Source: a virus. Taken from it: a stretch of 64,000 bases of DNA. The stretch covers positions 102,844-166,843 of IMG/VR virus record IMGVR_UViG_3300045993_000425; one strand, written 5' to 3'. Positions 1 through 9,136 of the stretch are shown here, piece by piece; the stretch's first letter is position 1, and each line of letters starts with the position of its first letter. The translations under genes and the position numbers were made by a program. Under the pieces are notes generated by a model. The model was given only the letters and a program-made list of their open reading frames with translations. It did no database searches and was not told the origin of the DNA.

Positions 1-213
1 GAGGGGTACTGCGCCGACTGGAAGTACGGGGCAATCCTCGTCTCGGACAGCTACTTCACCGAGTACGCTCAGACGTTGGCAGAGGACATCGGGGCGGTCG
101 GGAGCAAGGTGGAGTGGCCCTACACCTGCATCGACTGGGAGGCAGCGGCGCGGGACCTCAGGATGGACTACACGCCCGTCGACTTCGACGGCACCACCTT
201 CTGGTATCGCTAG
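1..213 (+). CDS. C-terminal end of an ArdA-like antirestriction protein (5' partial)
   Basis: Frame 1 is open from the window edge: ...FTEYAQTLAEDIG...WPYTCIDWEAAARDLRMDY...FWYR*. IDWEAAARDL resembles the ArdA C-terminal Y(I/F)D(Y/W)E..(A/G)RDL motif. Confidence 0.6.
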   Translation, partial: EGYCADWKYGAILVSDSYFTEYAQTLAEDIGAVGSKVEWPYTCIDWEAAARDLRMDYTPVDFDGTTFWYR

Positions 214-222
214 GAGAAACCA

Positions 223-966
223 ATGGGATACGACCTGTCCACGCTGGACCTCAAGAAGATCAAGAGCCTGCCGGTACTCGACCTACCGGCTGGCTACTCT
301 GTCCAGAAGAACCCCGGCAGCGGCTGCTTCCTCGACCCGCCTGGCTACCCGTCCTACTTCATCAGAGCCGTCTACAACAAGTACGGCAACGAGCCAGCGA
401 ACTACGACCCCTACTGCTTTGAGGTCGATGGGGTGCGGTACGGCTTCTCGCTGGAGGGGAAGGGGCCAGAGTTTCTCGAAAGCTTCTGGCTCGCCCTTCC
501 TCCGAACCACCCTCGGGTCCACGCCTGGTTCCTGGCCGTCTACCAGCACCTCGTTCACTGTTACGAAAACGAGTCAGCTACCGGGCATGACAAGCTGCTG
601 ATCTACCCGGTGCCTAGCTACCAGCTGAAGAAGGCGAAGATCGACCCTCGCTTCAAGACGGAGATCAACGAAGCCCTCACCAAGGAGGCTGAGAAGAGCA
701 ACAAGGAGCTCCTCGAGCACGCCGAAAAGGTGGGCATCCCTGAGAATCACAAGGGCTACCGGCTGATCAAGGACTTCTACCCGAACGTCCAGCCCGACCT
801 GGAGTTGATCAAGGACCCAGGAGTCAGGAAGCCTGGAGACTGGTGGGAGCGGTACTCCACGAAGCCCTCCCACGAGGACTGCCCTGGAGACGAAATCGGT
901 GGGCATCGGACTCACCCGACCAGCAATAACTGGTGCCAGCTTTGCGGCTGGAAGGACGGAGAGTAA
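223..966 (+). CDS. hypothetical early protein (247 aa)
   Basis: AGGAG RBS upstream, strong C/G third-position bias, C-terminal C..H..CxxC. Confidence 0.85.
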   Translation: MGYDLSTLDLKKIKSLPVLDLPAGYSVQKNPGSGCFLDPPGYPSYFIRAVYNKYGNEPANYDPYCFEVDGVRYGFSLEGKGPEFLESFWLALPPNHPRVHAWFLAVYQHLVHCYENESATGHDKLLIYPVPSYQLKKAKIDPRFKTEINEALTKEAEKSNKELLEHAEKVGIPENHKGYRLIKDFYPNVQPDLELIKDPGVRKPGDWWERYSTKPSHEDCPGDEIGGHRTHPTSNNWCQLCGWKDGE

Positions 967-967
967 C

Positions 968-1141
968 ATGACAAAGACGGAAAAGACGAAGAAGGCAAGG
1001 GACATCTACCAGAAGCTGGGCTGCAACCTCATGAAGGCGACAGCCGTCTGGAGGCAGTTGGAGCCTACTGCGACTGAGCAGGAGGTCGCAGGCCTCATCG
1101 AGGACCGGCACAGCAAGCAGCAGCGAAACGAGATCTACTGA
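968..1141 (+). CDS. small hypothetical protein (57 aa, MTKTEKTKK...)
   Basis: ATG at 968 after GGAGAG; stop overlaps the next ATG (TGATG). Confidence 0.7.
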   Translation: MTKTEKTKKARDIYQKLGCNLMKATAVWRQLEPTATEQEVAGLIEDRHSKQQRNEIY

Positions 1142-1596
1142 TGGACGCCCCCGAGATGACAGAGTCCCGTCTGGCTGCCTATCTGGAGGCAGGCAAGCAA
1201 GCGGCTGAAAACAGCTCCCAGCCTGCTCAGGCGAAGGGCAGGAAGACCAGGCGAGCCAAGGAGGAGGTGGCAGCCGCGCGAGCCGCCAGGGCAGCCTATG
1301 AAGCTGAGAGGGTGCTCTACGAGGGGCGCTACCGGCTGCGCTCTGAGATCCTCGAGCGGATGCTGGAGGGTGCCTGGAAGGGAGCGACGGTGTCAGAGAC
1401 GGATACCGAGCACGTCTTACAGCTAGCAGGGGCGGAACTCCACCTCCGCAAGGGCAACATTGACCTAGACGGCTGGAGCAAGCAAGCGTGCGAACGAGGG
1501 ATCCATCACCGGACGGCTCGTGATGACTATGGATTTGAGAACAGGACTTGCTTCTGCCAGAGCAGGAAGGGTCGAAAGGCTATCAAAAGCACTTGA
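1141..1596 (+). CDS. hypothetical protein (151 aa)
   Basis: Translationally coupled to the upstream gene; C/H-rich C-terminus. Confidence 0.75.
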   Translation: MDAPEMTESRLAAYLEAGKQAAENSSQPAQAKGRKTRRAKEEVAAARAARAAYEAERVLYEGRYRLRSEILERMLEGAWKGATVSETDTEHVLQLAGAELHLRKGNIDLDGWSKQACERGIHHRTARDDYGFENRTCFCQSRKGRKAIKST

Positions 1597-1621
1597 CCGC
1601 TAGCTGGCTGTCTGGTAGTAT
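1593..1621 (+). promoter_or_regulatory. early sigma70-type promoter TTGACC-N17-TAGTAT
   Basis: Member of a family of 7 near-identical promoters, each directly upstream of a + strand gene. Confidence 0.85.
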
Positions 1622-1647
1622 CCTTCTCACCTCAGACAAGGGAGCCC

Positions 1648-2067
1648 ATGATGGTAGCCAAGAACATCACCCCCTCGCTCGCCTCCATCCTGCGGCTCCT
1701 CCTCGACCAGGGTGGGTCGCGCCGCCTGGTCTACAAGAATGGGACCCGTCTCCAGCTGCGGGGGCTCGCCGGGAAGCTGATTCGGCTCCAGAAGGCTGGG
1801 CTGGTCGAGAACGTCAAGACGGAGAACTACAAGACCTACGAACAAGAGGAGGTCTTGGTCCTCCAGGCTGCCCACTTGGCAAGTGTCGAGGAGTCCAAGA
1901 ACCACAACGCTATGGTCCTAGCCAAGAATGGGGTGGTCGAGAACCCAATGTTCGTCGGTCCCTACTTCGGACCCAAGGTCGGTGACAAGATCTTGGTCGA
2001 GGTGGAGTGGCACCACTTCGTGACTGCCGCCGGTTGCGAGGCTCTCAACGCTTTCGAGCAGAAGTAG
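1648..2067 (+). CDS. hypothetical early protein (139 aa)
   Basis: AAGGGAG RBS; follows an early promoter. Confidence 0.8.
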   Translation: MMVAKNITPSLASILRLLLDQGGSRRLVYKNGTRLQLRGLAGKLIRLQKAGLVENVKTENYKTYEQEEVLVLQAAHLASVEESKNHNAMVLAKNGVVENPMFVGPYFGPKVGDKILVEVEWHHFVTAAGCEALNAFEQK

Positions 2068-2096
2068 TTGACGGCTGGTTCCCGTTCTGATAGTAT
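2068..2096 (+). promoter_or_regulatory. early promoter TTGACG-N17-TAGTAT (with TG extended -10)
   Basis: Matches the family consensus. Confidence 0.85.
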
Positions 2097-2122
2097 CGCT
2101 TTCACCTTCAGGGGAGAACACA

Positions 2123-2992
2123 ATGACCAAGACCAAGCTGACCGATGCCGCCAAGGAGCTCGACCTCACCATCAGCAACTACATCCTCTGCAAGTTCGAG
2201 GAAGAGGGAGCCCCGCTCTACGAGAGCCGCAGCGACACCGAGGTGGGTCAGGCCTACCTGAACCTCGACCTGGAGGACGGGGAGGTTTCGGTGACGACCG
2301 GTCACTACCAGGGTGACGGCATCCCCATGAGGGAGTGGCACGGTGAGATCCAGAGCTGGAAGTTCGGCTCGACCTGCATCTCGGGGGAGCAGCTGGAGAA
2401 GCTGGTCCAGAAGGCCCTCCCGCTGCTCGCCCGCGTCAACGACGGGGGGTACATCGAGTGGGATGGCAGCAACCACGTCGGTCAGCTGAACGAGGATGCC
2501 AGCGATGCAGAGCGGGAACTGGAGGACCTGCTGGAGCAGGTGGAGGGCGACATCGAGGCCTGGCAGGCTGGCGACTGGTTCTGCGAGTACCGCGACTCCC
2601 AGTTCCTCCAGGAGCTCTCCGATGCCGGCAGCGTCGAGGCCCTGATCGAGCAGTTGGAGTCGGAAGTCGACCACGACACCGTCATCGAGGGGCTCTCCTC
2701 CTACATCGAGGAGCGGGTGGAGGAGTTCCTGAAGGCCATCGAGGAGTGGATCGAGGACGACCGCCTGGTCGAGGTCCGCTACCGGCTGACCGGGCAGGAC
2801 CCTGAGATGGACGAGGAGAGCGGAATCTGGGAGGGGGAGTCGAGCGAGCAGGCCCTCTCCAAGCACATCGGGGGCATCATCGACTGGCCCACCGACGAGC
2901 GGCCAGAACTCAAGGCGAAGGTCGTCGGGCTGACCATCGATGTAGACAAGGACGGGGACCTCCTGGCGCACTTCACCGTCGAGACGATCTAG
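2123..2992 (+). CDS. highly acidic early protein (289 aa)
   Basis: GGGGAG RBS; very D/E-rich; strong codon bias. Confidence 0.88.
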   Translation: MTKTKLTDAAKELDLTISNYILCKFEEEGAPLYESRSDTEVGQAYLNLDLEDGEVSVTTGHYQGDGIPMREWHGEIQSWKFGSTCISGEQLEKLVQKALPLLARVNDGGYIEWDGSNHVGQLNEDASDAERELEDLLEQVEGDIEAWQAGDWFCEYRDSQFLQELSDAGSVEALIEQLESEVDHDTVIEGLSSYIEERVEEFLKAIEEWIEDDRLVEVRYRLTGQDPEMDEESGIWEGESSEQALSKHIGGIIDWPTDERPELKAKVVGLTIDVDKDGDLLAHFTVETI

Positions 2993-3238
2993 GTGGCTGC
3001 TTACTTCATCGTACCTGCCCCTGGTAGCTATGGGGGCAGGACGAGGGTGATCTCCAGCCATCACACCCTCAAGGCTGCCGAGAGGGCCTTGGGGTCGCAG
3101 AAGGGGCATGCAGTGCAGTACTGCGTCAGGAGGGGCTGGCTGGTGAAAGGCGATCCCTTCTACCAGGCAGATCTCGCCCGCTTCCCGGTAGTCTACCCCT
3201 ATTCTCCATCGAATGTTGACACGCCCGTCCCGTTTTGA
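2993..3238 (+). CDS. small hypothetical protein (81 aa, GTG start)
   Basis: Fills the gap between two genes on the same strand. Confidence 0.55.
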   Translation: MAAYFIVPAPGSYGGRTRVISSHHTLKAAERALGSQKGHAVQYCVRRGWLVKGDPFYQADLARFPVVYPYSPSNVDTPVPF

Positions 3239-3244
3239 TAGTAT
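3216..3244 (+). promoter_or_regulatory. early promoter TTGACA-N17-TAGTAT
   Basis: Matches the family consensus. Confidence 0.88.
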
Positions 3245-3287
3245 CCCTTCATCAGTCAGCCAGCCGGTACAACCAAAGGAGAACACA

Positions 3288-3908
3288 ATGGCCAAGTTCA
3301 CGAAGGCGTCCGCGAAGAAGTTCATCAAGAACGCCAAGATCACGGTCTACGTCAGCAAGCGTAGCGAGTACAACTGCTCGCACGCATTCATCGTCTTCCA
3401 GGAAGGTGAGGACAAGGGCTGGGGTCTGGCTCGGCAGTTCCGCATCGAGTTCCAGGCCAATAACCTGACCCACGCAGAGGATACGTTCTCAGATGTATCG
3501 CCCTACAAGCTGTTCGACTACGGGAACGTCCCGTTCGGCGGCTTCTACGGTGGGCACCTCGACGTGGGGCACGATCTCTCCTTCGACTCCGACTGGTCTG
3601 AGAAGCTGGTCGTCCCGCAGTTGGTCTGCAGCCTCCTTCAGGAGCAGATCCGCAACTGCAACCTGCACCTCGTCACCGAGTGCCAGCTGGGCGGGATCTG
3701 CGAGGCCATCGAGAAGCTGGGTGGCACCTACACCCTCGTTCGCCGGAACCACAACGACCGGGAGATCCTCGACATCCACTCCGATGAGATCAAGTTCGGA
3801 GTCGGGGCAGAGAAGGTCGCTCAGATCCGGGCCAACCTCGCCGCCAGGGACGCAGAGGTGAGGGCGAAGAGGGCGGCAGAGCTGGGGCTGTCCGAGGAGG
3901 TGGCGTAA
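3288..3908 (+). CDS. hypothetical early protein (206 aa, start revised to MAKFTK)
   Basis: AAGGAGAACACA-ATG leader; the listed 3213 start lies within the promoter. Confidence 0.85.
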   Translation: MAKFTKASAKKFIKNAKITVYVSKRSEYNCSHAFIVFQEGEDKGWGLARQFRIEFQANNLTHAEDTFSDVSPYKLFDYGNVPFGGFYGGHLDVGHDLSFDSDWSEKLVVPQLVCSLLQEQIRNCNLHLVTECQLGGICEAIEKLGGTYTLVRRNHNDREILDIHSDEIKFGVGAEKVAQIRANLAARDAEVRAKRAAELGLSEEVA

Positions 3909-4144
3909 TGGCACTCTCCACCCTCGACCAGCAGGCCCTGAAGGCCCTCCTGGCTGGCAACCAGGAGAAGACCAAAGAACTCTCCAACTACGCTCGCCAG
4001 GTTCGAGGGAACACGCTTCCTTGCCCTGCCTGCGACGACACTGGGCCTCACGACGACAACGGAGAGAACGGATATGATCGGATGCTCTGCTGCCGGAAGT
4101 GCGGCGAGCACTGGGATGTCTACACCGAGGCTGTGTACTGGTAG
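3908..4144 (+). CDS. small zinc-ribbon protein
   Basis: CPAC...CCRKC; TAATG coupling. Confidence 0.75.
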   Translation: MALSTLDQQALKALLAGNQEKTKELSNYARQVRGNTLPCPACDDTGPHDDNGENGYDRMLCCRKCGEHWDVYTEAVYW

Positions 4145-4187
4145 TTTGTACTAGATATCTGACAGGTAGTACCACAAGGAGAACAAC

Positions 4188-4577
4188 GTGAAGAATCTGA
4201 CCAAGGCGCAGCTCATCAAGAAGACCGAACTCACCGACGCTATCCAGAAGGCACAGGAGGTACTGGAGGCGAAGATCGCAACCTTCAACGAGATCAAGGC
4301 CACTGAGTGGTGTGAGGTGGAGGATGCTCTCGCCAAACTCAACGACGAGGTCGAGGAGTTCAACGACTTCCGGCAGGAGATCGTGGACGAGCAGAACGAG
4401 TACTACGAGGGGAAGAGCGAGAGGTGGCAGGAGAGCGATGCGGGGCAGGACTACGACGCCTGGCGGCAGGAGTGGGACAACGAGATCTCCACCGCCAACG
4501 ACATCGACGAGCCCGACGACGCCACGTTCGACGAAACCCCCGCTGACGACATCGAGAACCTTCGCGAGGAGCCGTGA
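4188..4577 (+). CDS. acidic coiled-coil early protein (129 aa)
   Basis: AAGGAG RBS, GTG start, D/E-rich. Confidence 0.85.
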   Translation: MKNLTKAQLIKKTELTDAIQKAQEVLEAKIATFNEIKATEWCEVEDALAKLNDEVEEFNDFRQEIVDEQNEYYEGKSERWQESDAGQDYDAWRQEWDNEISTANDIDEPDDATFDETPADDIENLREEP

Positions 4578-4705
4578 CCACAATACTGACCATCGTCATC
4601 ACCCTGGCCGCCAGCCTTGTCATCGACATCCTGGCGGCTGTTTTCATCCTCCGCAGCCGTAGCCGGTCACAGCAGCTAGTCAACTTGATCAAGAGGTGGC
4701 TATGA
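4574..4705 (+). CDS. small single-pass membrane protein (43 aa; not in the ORF track)
   Basis: GTGA overlap, GAGGAG RBS; MTTILTIVITLAASLVIDILAAVFILRSRSRSQQLVNLIKRWL. Confidence 0.6.
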   Translation: MTTILTIVITLAASLVIDILAAVFILRSRSRSQQLVNLIKRWL

Positions 4706-4754
4706 GCATACAGGAAGACGATAACGCCGCCCGAGCCGCCCTGAAGGAGGAGCC

Positions 4755-4994
4755 GTGAACCAGATCGGATGCGACATGTGCGTGCATGAACTTATCGCCA
4801 TGCAGTTGCGTGAGCGGGTGAAGGTGCTGGAGGCTGACTTCCAGAGCTGCGCGCACGAACTGGAAATCTCAGACGCCGCTGCGGACAGGGCTGTGGCCCG
4901 CGCCTCCCAGCTGGAGGCGGCGCTGGTGTGCCCCTGCGGAGGTGACTACGGCACCCACAGGTGCATCCGCTGTGACTCGGAGGTGGGGCCGTGA
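4755..4994 (+). CDS. small Cys-rich coiled-coil protein
   Basis: AAGGAGG RBS; CDMC and CPC...CIRC. Confidence 0.7.
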   Translation: MNQIGCDMCVHELIAMQLRERVKVLEADFQSCAHELEISDAAADRAVARASQLEAALVCPCGGDYGTHRCIRCDSEVGP

Positions 4995-5028
4995 GCCTGC
5001 TATCAAACACGTCTCTAAGAGGTGGGCT

Positions 5029-5298
5029 ATGACTGACAATAGCGATGAATCTCACAAGCGTTATGAGTTCATAGAACTGCACGCTGAGATCTATCGCCTG
5101 CGCGCAAATTGTGAGAGTCTAGAAGCCATCGTAACCGACCTGCTAGTTGGAGCCAGAGATCTCAAGTCTAGAAACGAGCTGCTGAAAACAGCACTACATG
5201 AGATTGTGGCCATAACCAGCGATGCCGACACAAACCATAGAGTTTTCACAGCCATGACAATTGCCAGAGCTGCTATTGAACAGGAGAATGGGCTATGA
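5029..5298 (+). CDS. hypothetical protein (start revised to MTDNSD)
   Basis: GAGGTG RBS; coiled-coil; ends ARAAIE like many small phage proteins. Confidence 0.7.
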   Translation: MTDNSDESHKRYEFIELHAEIYRLRANCESLEAIVTDLLVGARDLKSRNELLKTALHEIVAITSDADTNHRVFTAMTIARAAIEQENGL

Positions 5299-5423
5299 GC
5301 GACAAGGCTGAGATCACATGCCCATTCTGCCGGTCGAGCGACATAGCAGAACTCTGGATCCTCGACCGGCTCCTTCACCTTCGCTGCCTGGCTTGCTGGG
5401 GTCTTTTCTGCAAGGCTAGCTAG
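5295..5423 (+). CDS. 42-aa zinc-ribbon protein (not in the ORF track)
   Basis: ATGA overlap; MSDKAEITCPFCRSSDIAELWILDRLLHLRCLACWGLFCKAS. Confidence 0.6.
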   Translation: MSDKAEITCPFCRSSDIAELWILDRLLHLRCLACWGLFCKAS

Positions 5424-5434
5424 CAGCAATCTTG

Positions 5435-5463
5435 TTGACAGAAAACCCATCGATATGTTATTC
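5435..5463 (+). promoter_or_regulatory. possible sigma70-type promoter (TTGACA, weak -10)
   Basis: Perfect -35 upstream of the 5502 gene; the -10 deviates from the family. Confidence 0.45.
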
Positions 5464-5501
5464 ATCTATCATGCTGCAACGACGCGGCTAGGGAGATACC
5501 A

Positions 5502-5741
5502 ATGGCGAACGAATTGACGGCAGCAGAGCAGGCATACGAGGCGGCACTCATCGGGTGCAAGCGTGCGGCCTATGCTATGCATCGCGCCGCCGACGAGGCC
5601 ACCCAAGAGCAGTACGCGGCACTCAAGGTGCGCCATGTCATGTCACGGGCCACTCTGGCCGCCGCCTCCGCGTCGATGGGATCGTCGGTGAACCGCGAGG
5701 AGATCGAGTCCCGCGTGGCGACGATGAGGATCTCCCGGTAA
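5502..5741 (+). CDS. hypothetical protein (79 aa)
   Basis: AGGGAG RBS; last + strand gene before convergence with the late genes. Confidence 0.7.
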   Translation: MANELTAAEQAYEAALIGCKRAAYAMHRAADEATQEQYAALKVRHVMSRATLAAASASMGSSVNREEIESRVATMRISR

Positions 5742-5743
5742 GG

Positions 5744-8700
5744 CTAGCAGCCAGACCACAGTTTGTTCATGCCCTCTGACAGGTTGCCGTGGATGTCTCG
5801 CAGCTGCCGCAGCCTAGTCATAGGGCATTCAGTACCAACCCCATAAAGTCTAAGCGTTTTCTCGATGACATTCTCATTCAGGTCGAGTAGCCACTCCCTG
5901 AGGTCGATATCGTCCTGACCAGCCAGCTTAGGCATGTAGACAAGCCGGTCCTCTGGGGCCATCTTCATGAAGTCTAGAGGAGCCCATGCTCGCAGGATGT
6001 AAGGCACGAAGCTGCTAGGGTCAGTTCCAGGCGAGTAGTCCGTACCGGCGAAAGCTGACCCATGATCGATGAGGGCGATAGCACCGGCTGGCTCGACCAG
6101 AATGTTCTGGCCATGAGCATCAGTCTCCCCAATGACCCAGAGGTAGCAGGCTAGCCGGTGTAGGAGGCCTGACTTCAGGTAGGGGATGAGCACCTCAGAG
6201 GCTAGCTGCTCTGCCTGCCTGTTCTGCTCGTCCAAGGGCTTGAATTGCGCCCCTAGCAGCCTCATGGCGGCGGTTTCGCGCCCATTGATGAGGAGCAGGT
6301 CGCAGTGGGGGATCGACTGCCCTAGCCCCATCTCCTTCGCAATATGGTAGGCTGCCGCTTCCCTGGCCGACTGGCTGGCGGTTTCCTGCCTGACTCCAGC
6401 AGCCGGTGAAAGTTTCCCACTGCCTGGCTTGAGGAGCCAGATGCCACCAGACTTAGGGTCACGAGCAGCTAGAGCCCCCTTGGAGTGCTTGCCGTTGAGG
6501 TTGAGAGGCCAGACGAGGCCTTCCTTCGCCGCTCTCCCTACCTCGAGTGCTGTGTCACGCGCCTCGAGGACAGCCGGTGTGACAGTCTTGACCCAGTGCT
6601 TCTCCTCTTCAGCCTTCCCAAGGTCCCTTCCGCCAAGCTCTAGGACAGCCTCCAGGGCTCGGAGGTTCTGTTCGTTGTCGGCTAGCTGGACAGCGAAGAG
6701 GACAGCCTTCTTCTTGTCTCCAAGCACCCTGTAGGCAATCTGGTACTGGTCATGGTCGAACGGCCTACCGGCGGCCAGGAAGATAGCTGCACTGACCAAG
6801 CGGTCTAGGTCTGGGTCGTGCCCAAGCTGCCTGGAGGCCTGGATGATCTCCCAGGACTCAAGCTTACCGGCTTCTGGGTCGAGCCCGAGTAGCTGCTCTG
6901 ACTTCTTGGTCTTGTTGGGACTAGCAGGAGCCATCTGAAGGCTGTGACGGTCCGGCTTGCCGGGAGTGCCTTGCTGCACCTTTAGGTCTGGCTGTGTCTC
7001 TAGTGAGTCCCACAGAGCGTAAGACTCTGGTGAGTTTGTGGTGTCTGACCATACCGTCCCGAACCTAGAAGCTAGATGGCGATACAGAGCAGTAGCGACC
7101 CCTTGTCGCTGGAACTTGGGATGGACGACTGTATTGAAAATGGTCATTCCGGTTCTATTCGAGATACCTCTTAGGGTTGCGATGGTCGGTCGCTCTTCGA
7201 TGTGAGTTGGCACGTCTGTTGCCGTGACATTGAAGCGGGACCACGGGATATCTCCTTCGTCCTCTGAGTCTCGATAGTGATGTACCCACCTGCCTTCCCC
7301 CAAGGGGTGAGTGTCGATGTAGGTATCAGGGGTTCCTGGGCGAGCGTCTTCGGCCTGATACCTAGCCTCATTGTCTGGCCATGAAGGGTACTCTAGTGGC
7401 ATCTTTCTTAGCCGCTCTGACTTCCGAGTACTATCAGGTGCAGGAGGCAGCTGACCCGGCAATCTGCGGCGACGAGGGATGGCTCCAGCAGCTGCAATGC
7501 CACCAGCAATGCCCAAGCCAACAGCACCCAGACCGAATCCGACCCGGCTGCCGGTTTGGGCTCCTTCGTAGGTAGACAGGGCGGCCTCTCGCATCTCGGG
7601 ATCAACCGGCATAGGAGCGTGGTCCCAAGCTCTCTTCTCTGACTCCAGAGTGGCCCCACTCAAGGTATTCGCTATAGTCCCCGGTGCAGGAGGGTTGGGG
7701 TCTAGGATGTGACCTGCCTCATGGGAGACTGCACTCGGGTGAGCAGTGTCATTGGCAAAGATGTGCCCCTCGGATGGAATCGAGAAGGGGCTCATCTTTA
7801 CGGAGGTCTTGAACTTCGCCCAGCGTGCTTCCTCCTTTGGGGTGGTGGGAGCTCGTAGGTCTGCTGGGGTAGTCAGCTTGATCCCAGGAAGCTTGGAGGC
7901 ATTGCGGTCGAATATGGCTCGAGTCGGCTCTACTTCATGTGCGTGCCTGGCATTGACCTGACTCCAGTGCTTGGCCTGAGTCAAACTGCCAACCCCACTA
8001 CCCGCCTTGGCTCCCGCTAGCCCACCGGCAGTCGCCATGCCAAGAGCAAGCGCACCTATGACTCCATTACGGATAGCTCCCTTCTCAAGAGAGTCGTCGC
8101 TCTCGGCAATGGAGTCGATCAACCCGTAAATCCAGGTCAGGTTGACCTCGTCCACCTTGGCCTTGTCGGCTGTCAGGGATGTCTCGACAGTGACCGTCAG
8201 AGGGCAGCCCAGATGCTCGAAGACCCCTTGCGTCGTATTGTCAATATCCTTGCAGATGAGCAAGCCGTCTGGGTCTACTGTCCCTTTATTCCCCTCGACA
8301 TCGTAGAGCTCGACCTTCTGCCCAGCCGCAGCCGGTAGAATCTCGGCAGCCTTCTTAGCCACCTCTCGGAGCTGGTCATCGAAGACATAGGCATAGGTAG
8401 ATGGAGGTAGGTCTTTCTTGTCTAGGTCAGAGTCCTGGTGGAGGTCTACCATCGCATCCGGCGTAGGGATGGAGATGATGTCCTCATAGAAGGCTTTAGC
8501 CTCGTCTGAGGCATCAGGAGCTACTCGGACATCGTCATACCGCCGGTCAGCTACCTCGAGCACCCATTTCCCTTTGACCCGGTACTCGATCAAGTGGTTG
8601 GAAGGCGTCCCATCCTTGATGTTTCTCTTGCCTCGCCCCCAGCCGGTAGGATTGTAGAGGGGGTAGATATTCAGACCCACACCCTTCTCCTTGGCGTATT

Positions 8701-9136
8701 TCAGGATGTCAGGAAGCCTCTCGAGGACTGTCAGGGGGCCAACTTGCTCCTCCCCATGTACCCCAGAGATGATCGTCAAGTGCTTCTCACCCTCGGTCAC
8801 CAGCTTGACGAGGGGTAGACCCTCCACCTCGCCATAGCTATCTGAGCCAGCCACCTTCTCCCACTCCTTCAGGAAGGCCTTGTAGGGAGTCTTCCAATCC
8901 TTGGATGTGAAGACGGAGGGCTCAGGCTGCTCTGCCTTGTGGACAGGCTCCTCATGGTGATGGTGCGCCTCATGCTGCAAGGTGCGCCTCAAGGCCTTGA
9001 TGCAGTCAACGTCCTTGGTAGCGATGACTCTGGCGACAGCAGCATCCACCTCCCCCTTGCTCGAGGAGGGATCGAGGATGACTCTCTCGGCATCGATGAG
9101 GATATCGATAGGCTTACTTGTTGTCATGACGTTCAT
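5744..9136 (-). CDS. polyvalent polyprotein 4: M14-type peptidase/deacylase + TM-flanked HExxH zincin + GNAT + PI3/4K/HipA-like kinase
   Basis: GVHGEE/DLHQD/VET; SHEAGH...ESEKRAW; VHPKFQRQGVATALY; WLLKP, REAAAY, DAHGQN, LIDHG. Confidence 0.85.
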   Translation of the reverse strand: MNVMTTSKPIDILIDAERVILDPSSSKGEVDAAVARVIATKDVDCIKALRRTLQHEAHHHHEEPVHKAEQPEPSVFTSKDWKTPYKAFLKEWEKVAGSDSYGEVEGLPLVKLVTEGEKHLTIISGVHGEEQVGPLTVLERLPDILKYAKEKGVGLNIYPLYNPTGWGRGKRNIKDGTPSNHLIEYRVKGKWVLEVADRRYDDVRVAPDASDEAKAFYEDIISIPTPDAMVDLHQDSDLDKKDLPPSTYAYVFDDQLREVAKKAAEILPAAAGQKVELYDVEGNKGTVDPDGLLICKDIDNTTQGVFEHLGCPLTVTVETSLTADKAKVDEVNLTWIYGLIDSIAESDDSLEKGAIRNGVIGALALGMATAGGLAGAKAGSGVGSLTQAKHWSQVNARHAHEVEPTRAIFDRNASKLPGIKLTTPADLRAPTTPKEEARWAKFKTSVKMSPFSIPSEGHIFANDTAHPSAVSHEAGHILDPNPPAPGTIANTLSGATLESEKRAWDHAPMPVDPEMREAALSTYEGAQTGSRVGFGLGAVGLGIAGGIAAAGAIPRRRRLPGQLPPAPDSTRKSERLRKMPLEYPSWPDNEARYQAEDARPGTPDTYIDTHPLGEGRWVHHYRDSEDEGDIPWSRFNVTATDVPTHIEERPTIATLRGISNRTGMTIFNTVVHPKFQRQGVATALYRHLASRFGTVWSDTTNSPESYALWDSLETQPDLKVQQGTPGKPDRHSLQMAPASPNKTKKSEQLLGLDPEAGKLESWEIIQASRQLGHDPDLDRLVSAAIFLAAGRPFDHDQYQIAYRVLGDKKKAVLFAVQLADNEQNLRALEAVLELGGRDLGKAEEEKHWVKTVTPAVLEARDTALEVGRAAKEGLVWPLNLNGKHSKGALAARDPKSGGIWLLKPGSGKLSPAAGVRQETASQSAREAAAYHIAKEMGLGQSIPHCDLLLINGRETAAMRLLGAQFKPLDEQNRQAEQLASEVLIPYLKSGLLHRLACYLWVIGETDAHGQNILVEPAGAIALIDHGSAFAGTDYSPGTDPSSFVPYILRAWAPLDFMKMAPEDRLVYMPKLAGQDDIDLREWLLDLNENVIEKTLRLYGVGTECPMTRLRQLRDIHGNLSEGMNKLWSGC

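Noticed and set aside
4146-4172. Possible early promoter before the 4188 gene (and a similar one near 40322)
   Set aside because: The -35, spacing and -10 deviate too far from the family consensus
2108-4583. Long minus-strand ORFs 2108..3343 and 3489..4583
   Set aside because: Antisense shadows of strongly biased + strand genes that have their own promoters and RBSs
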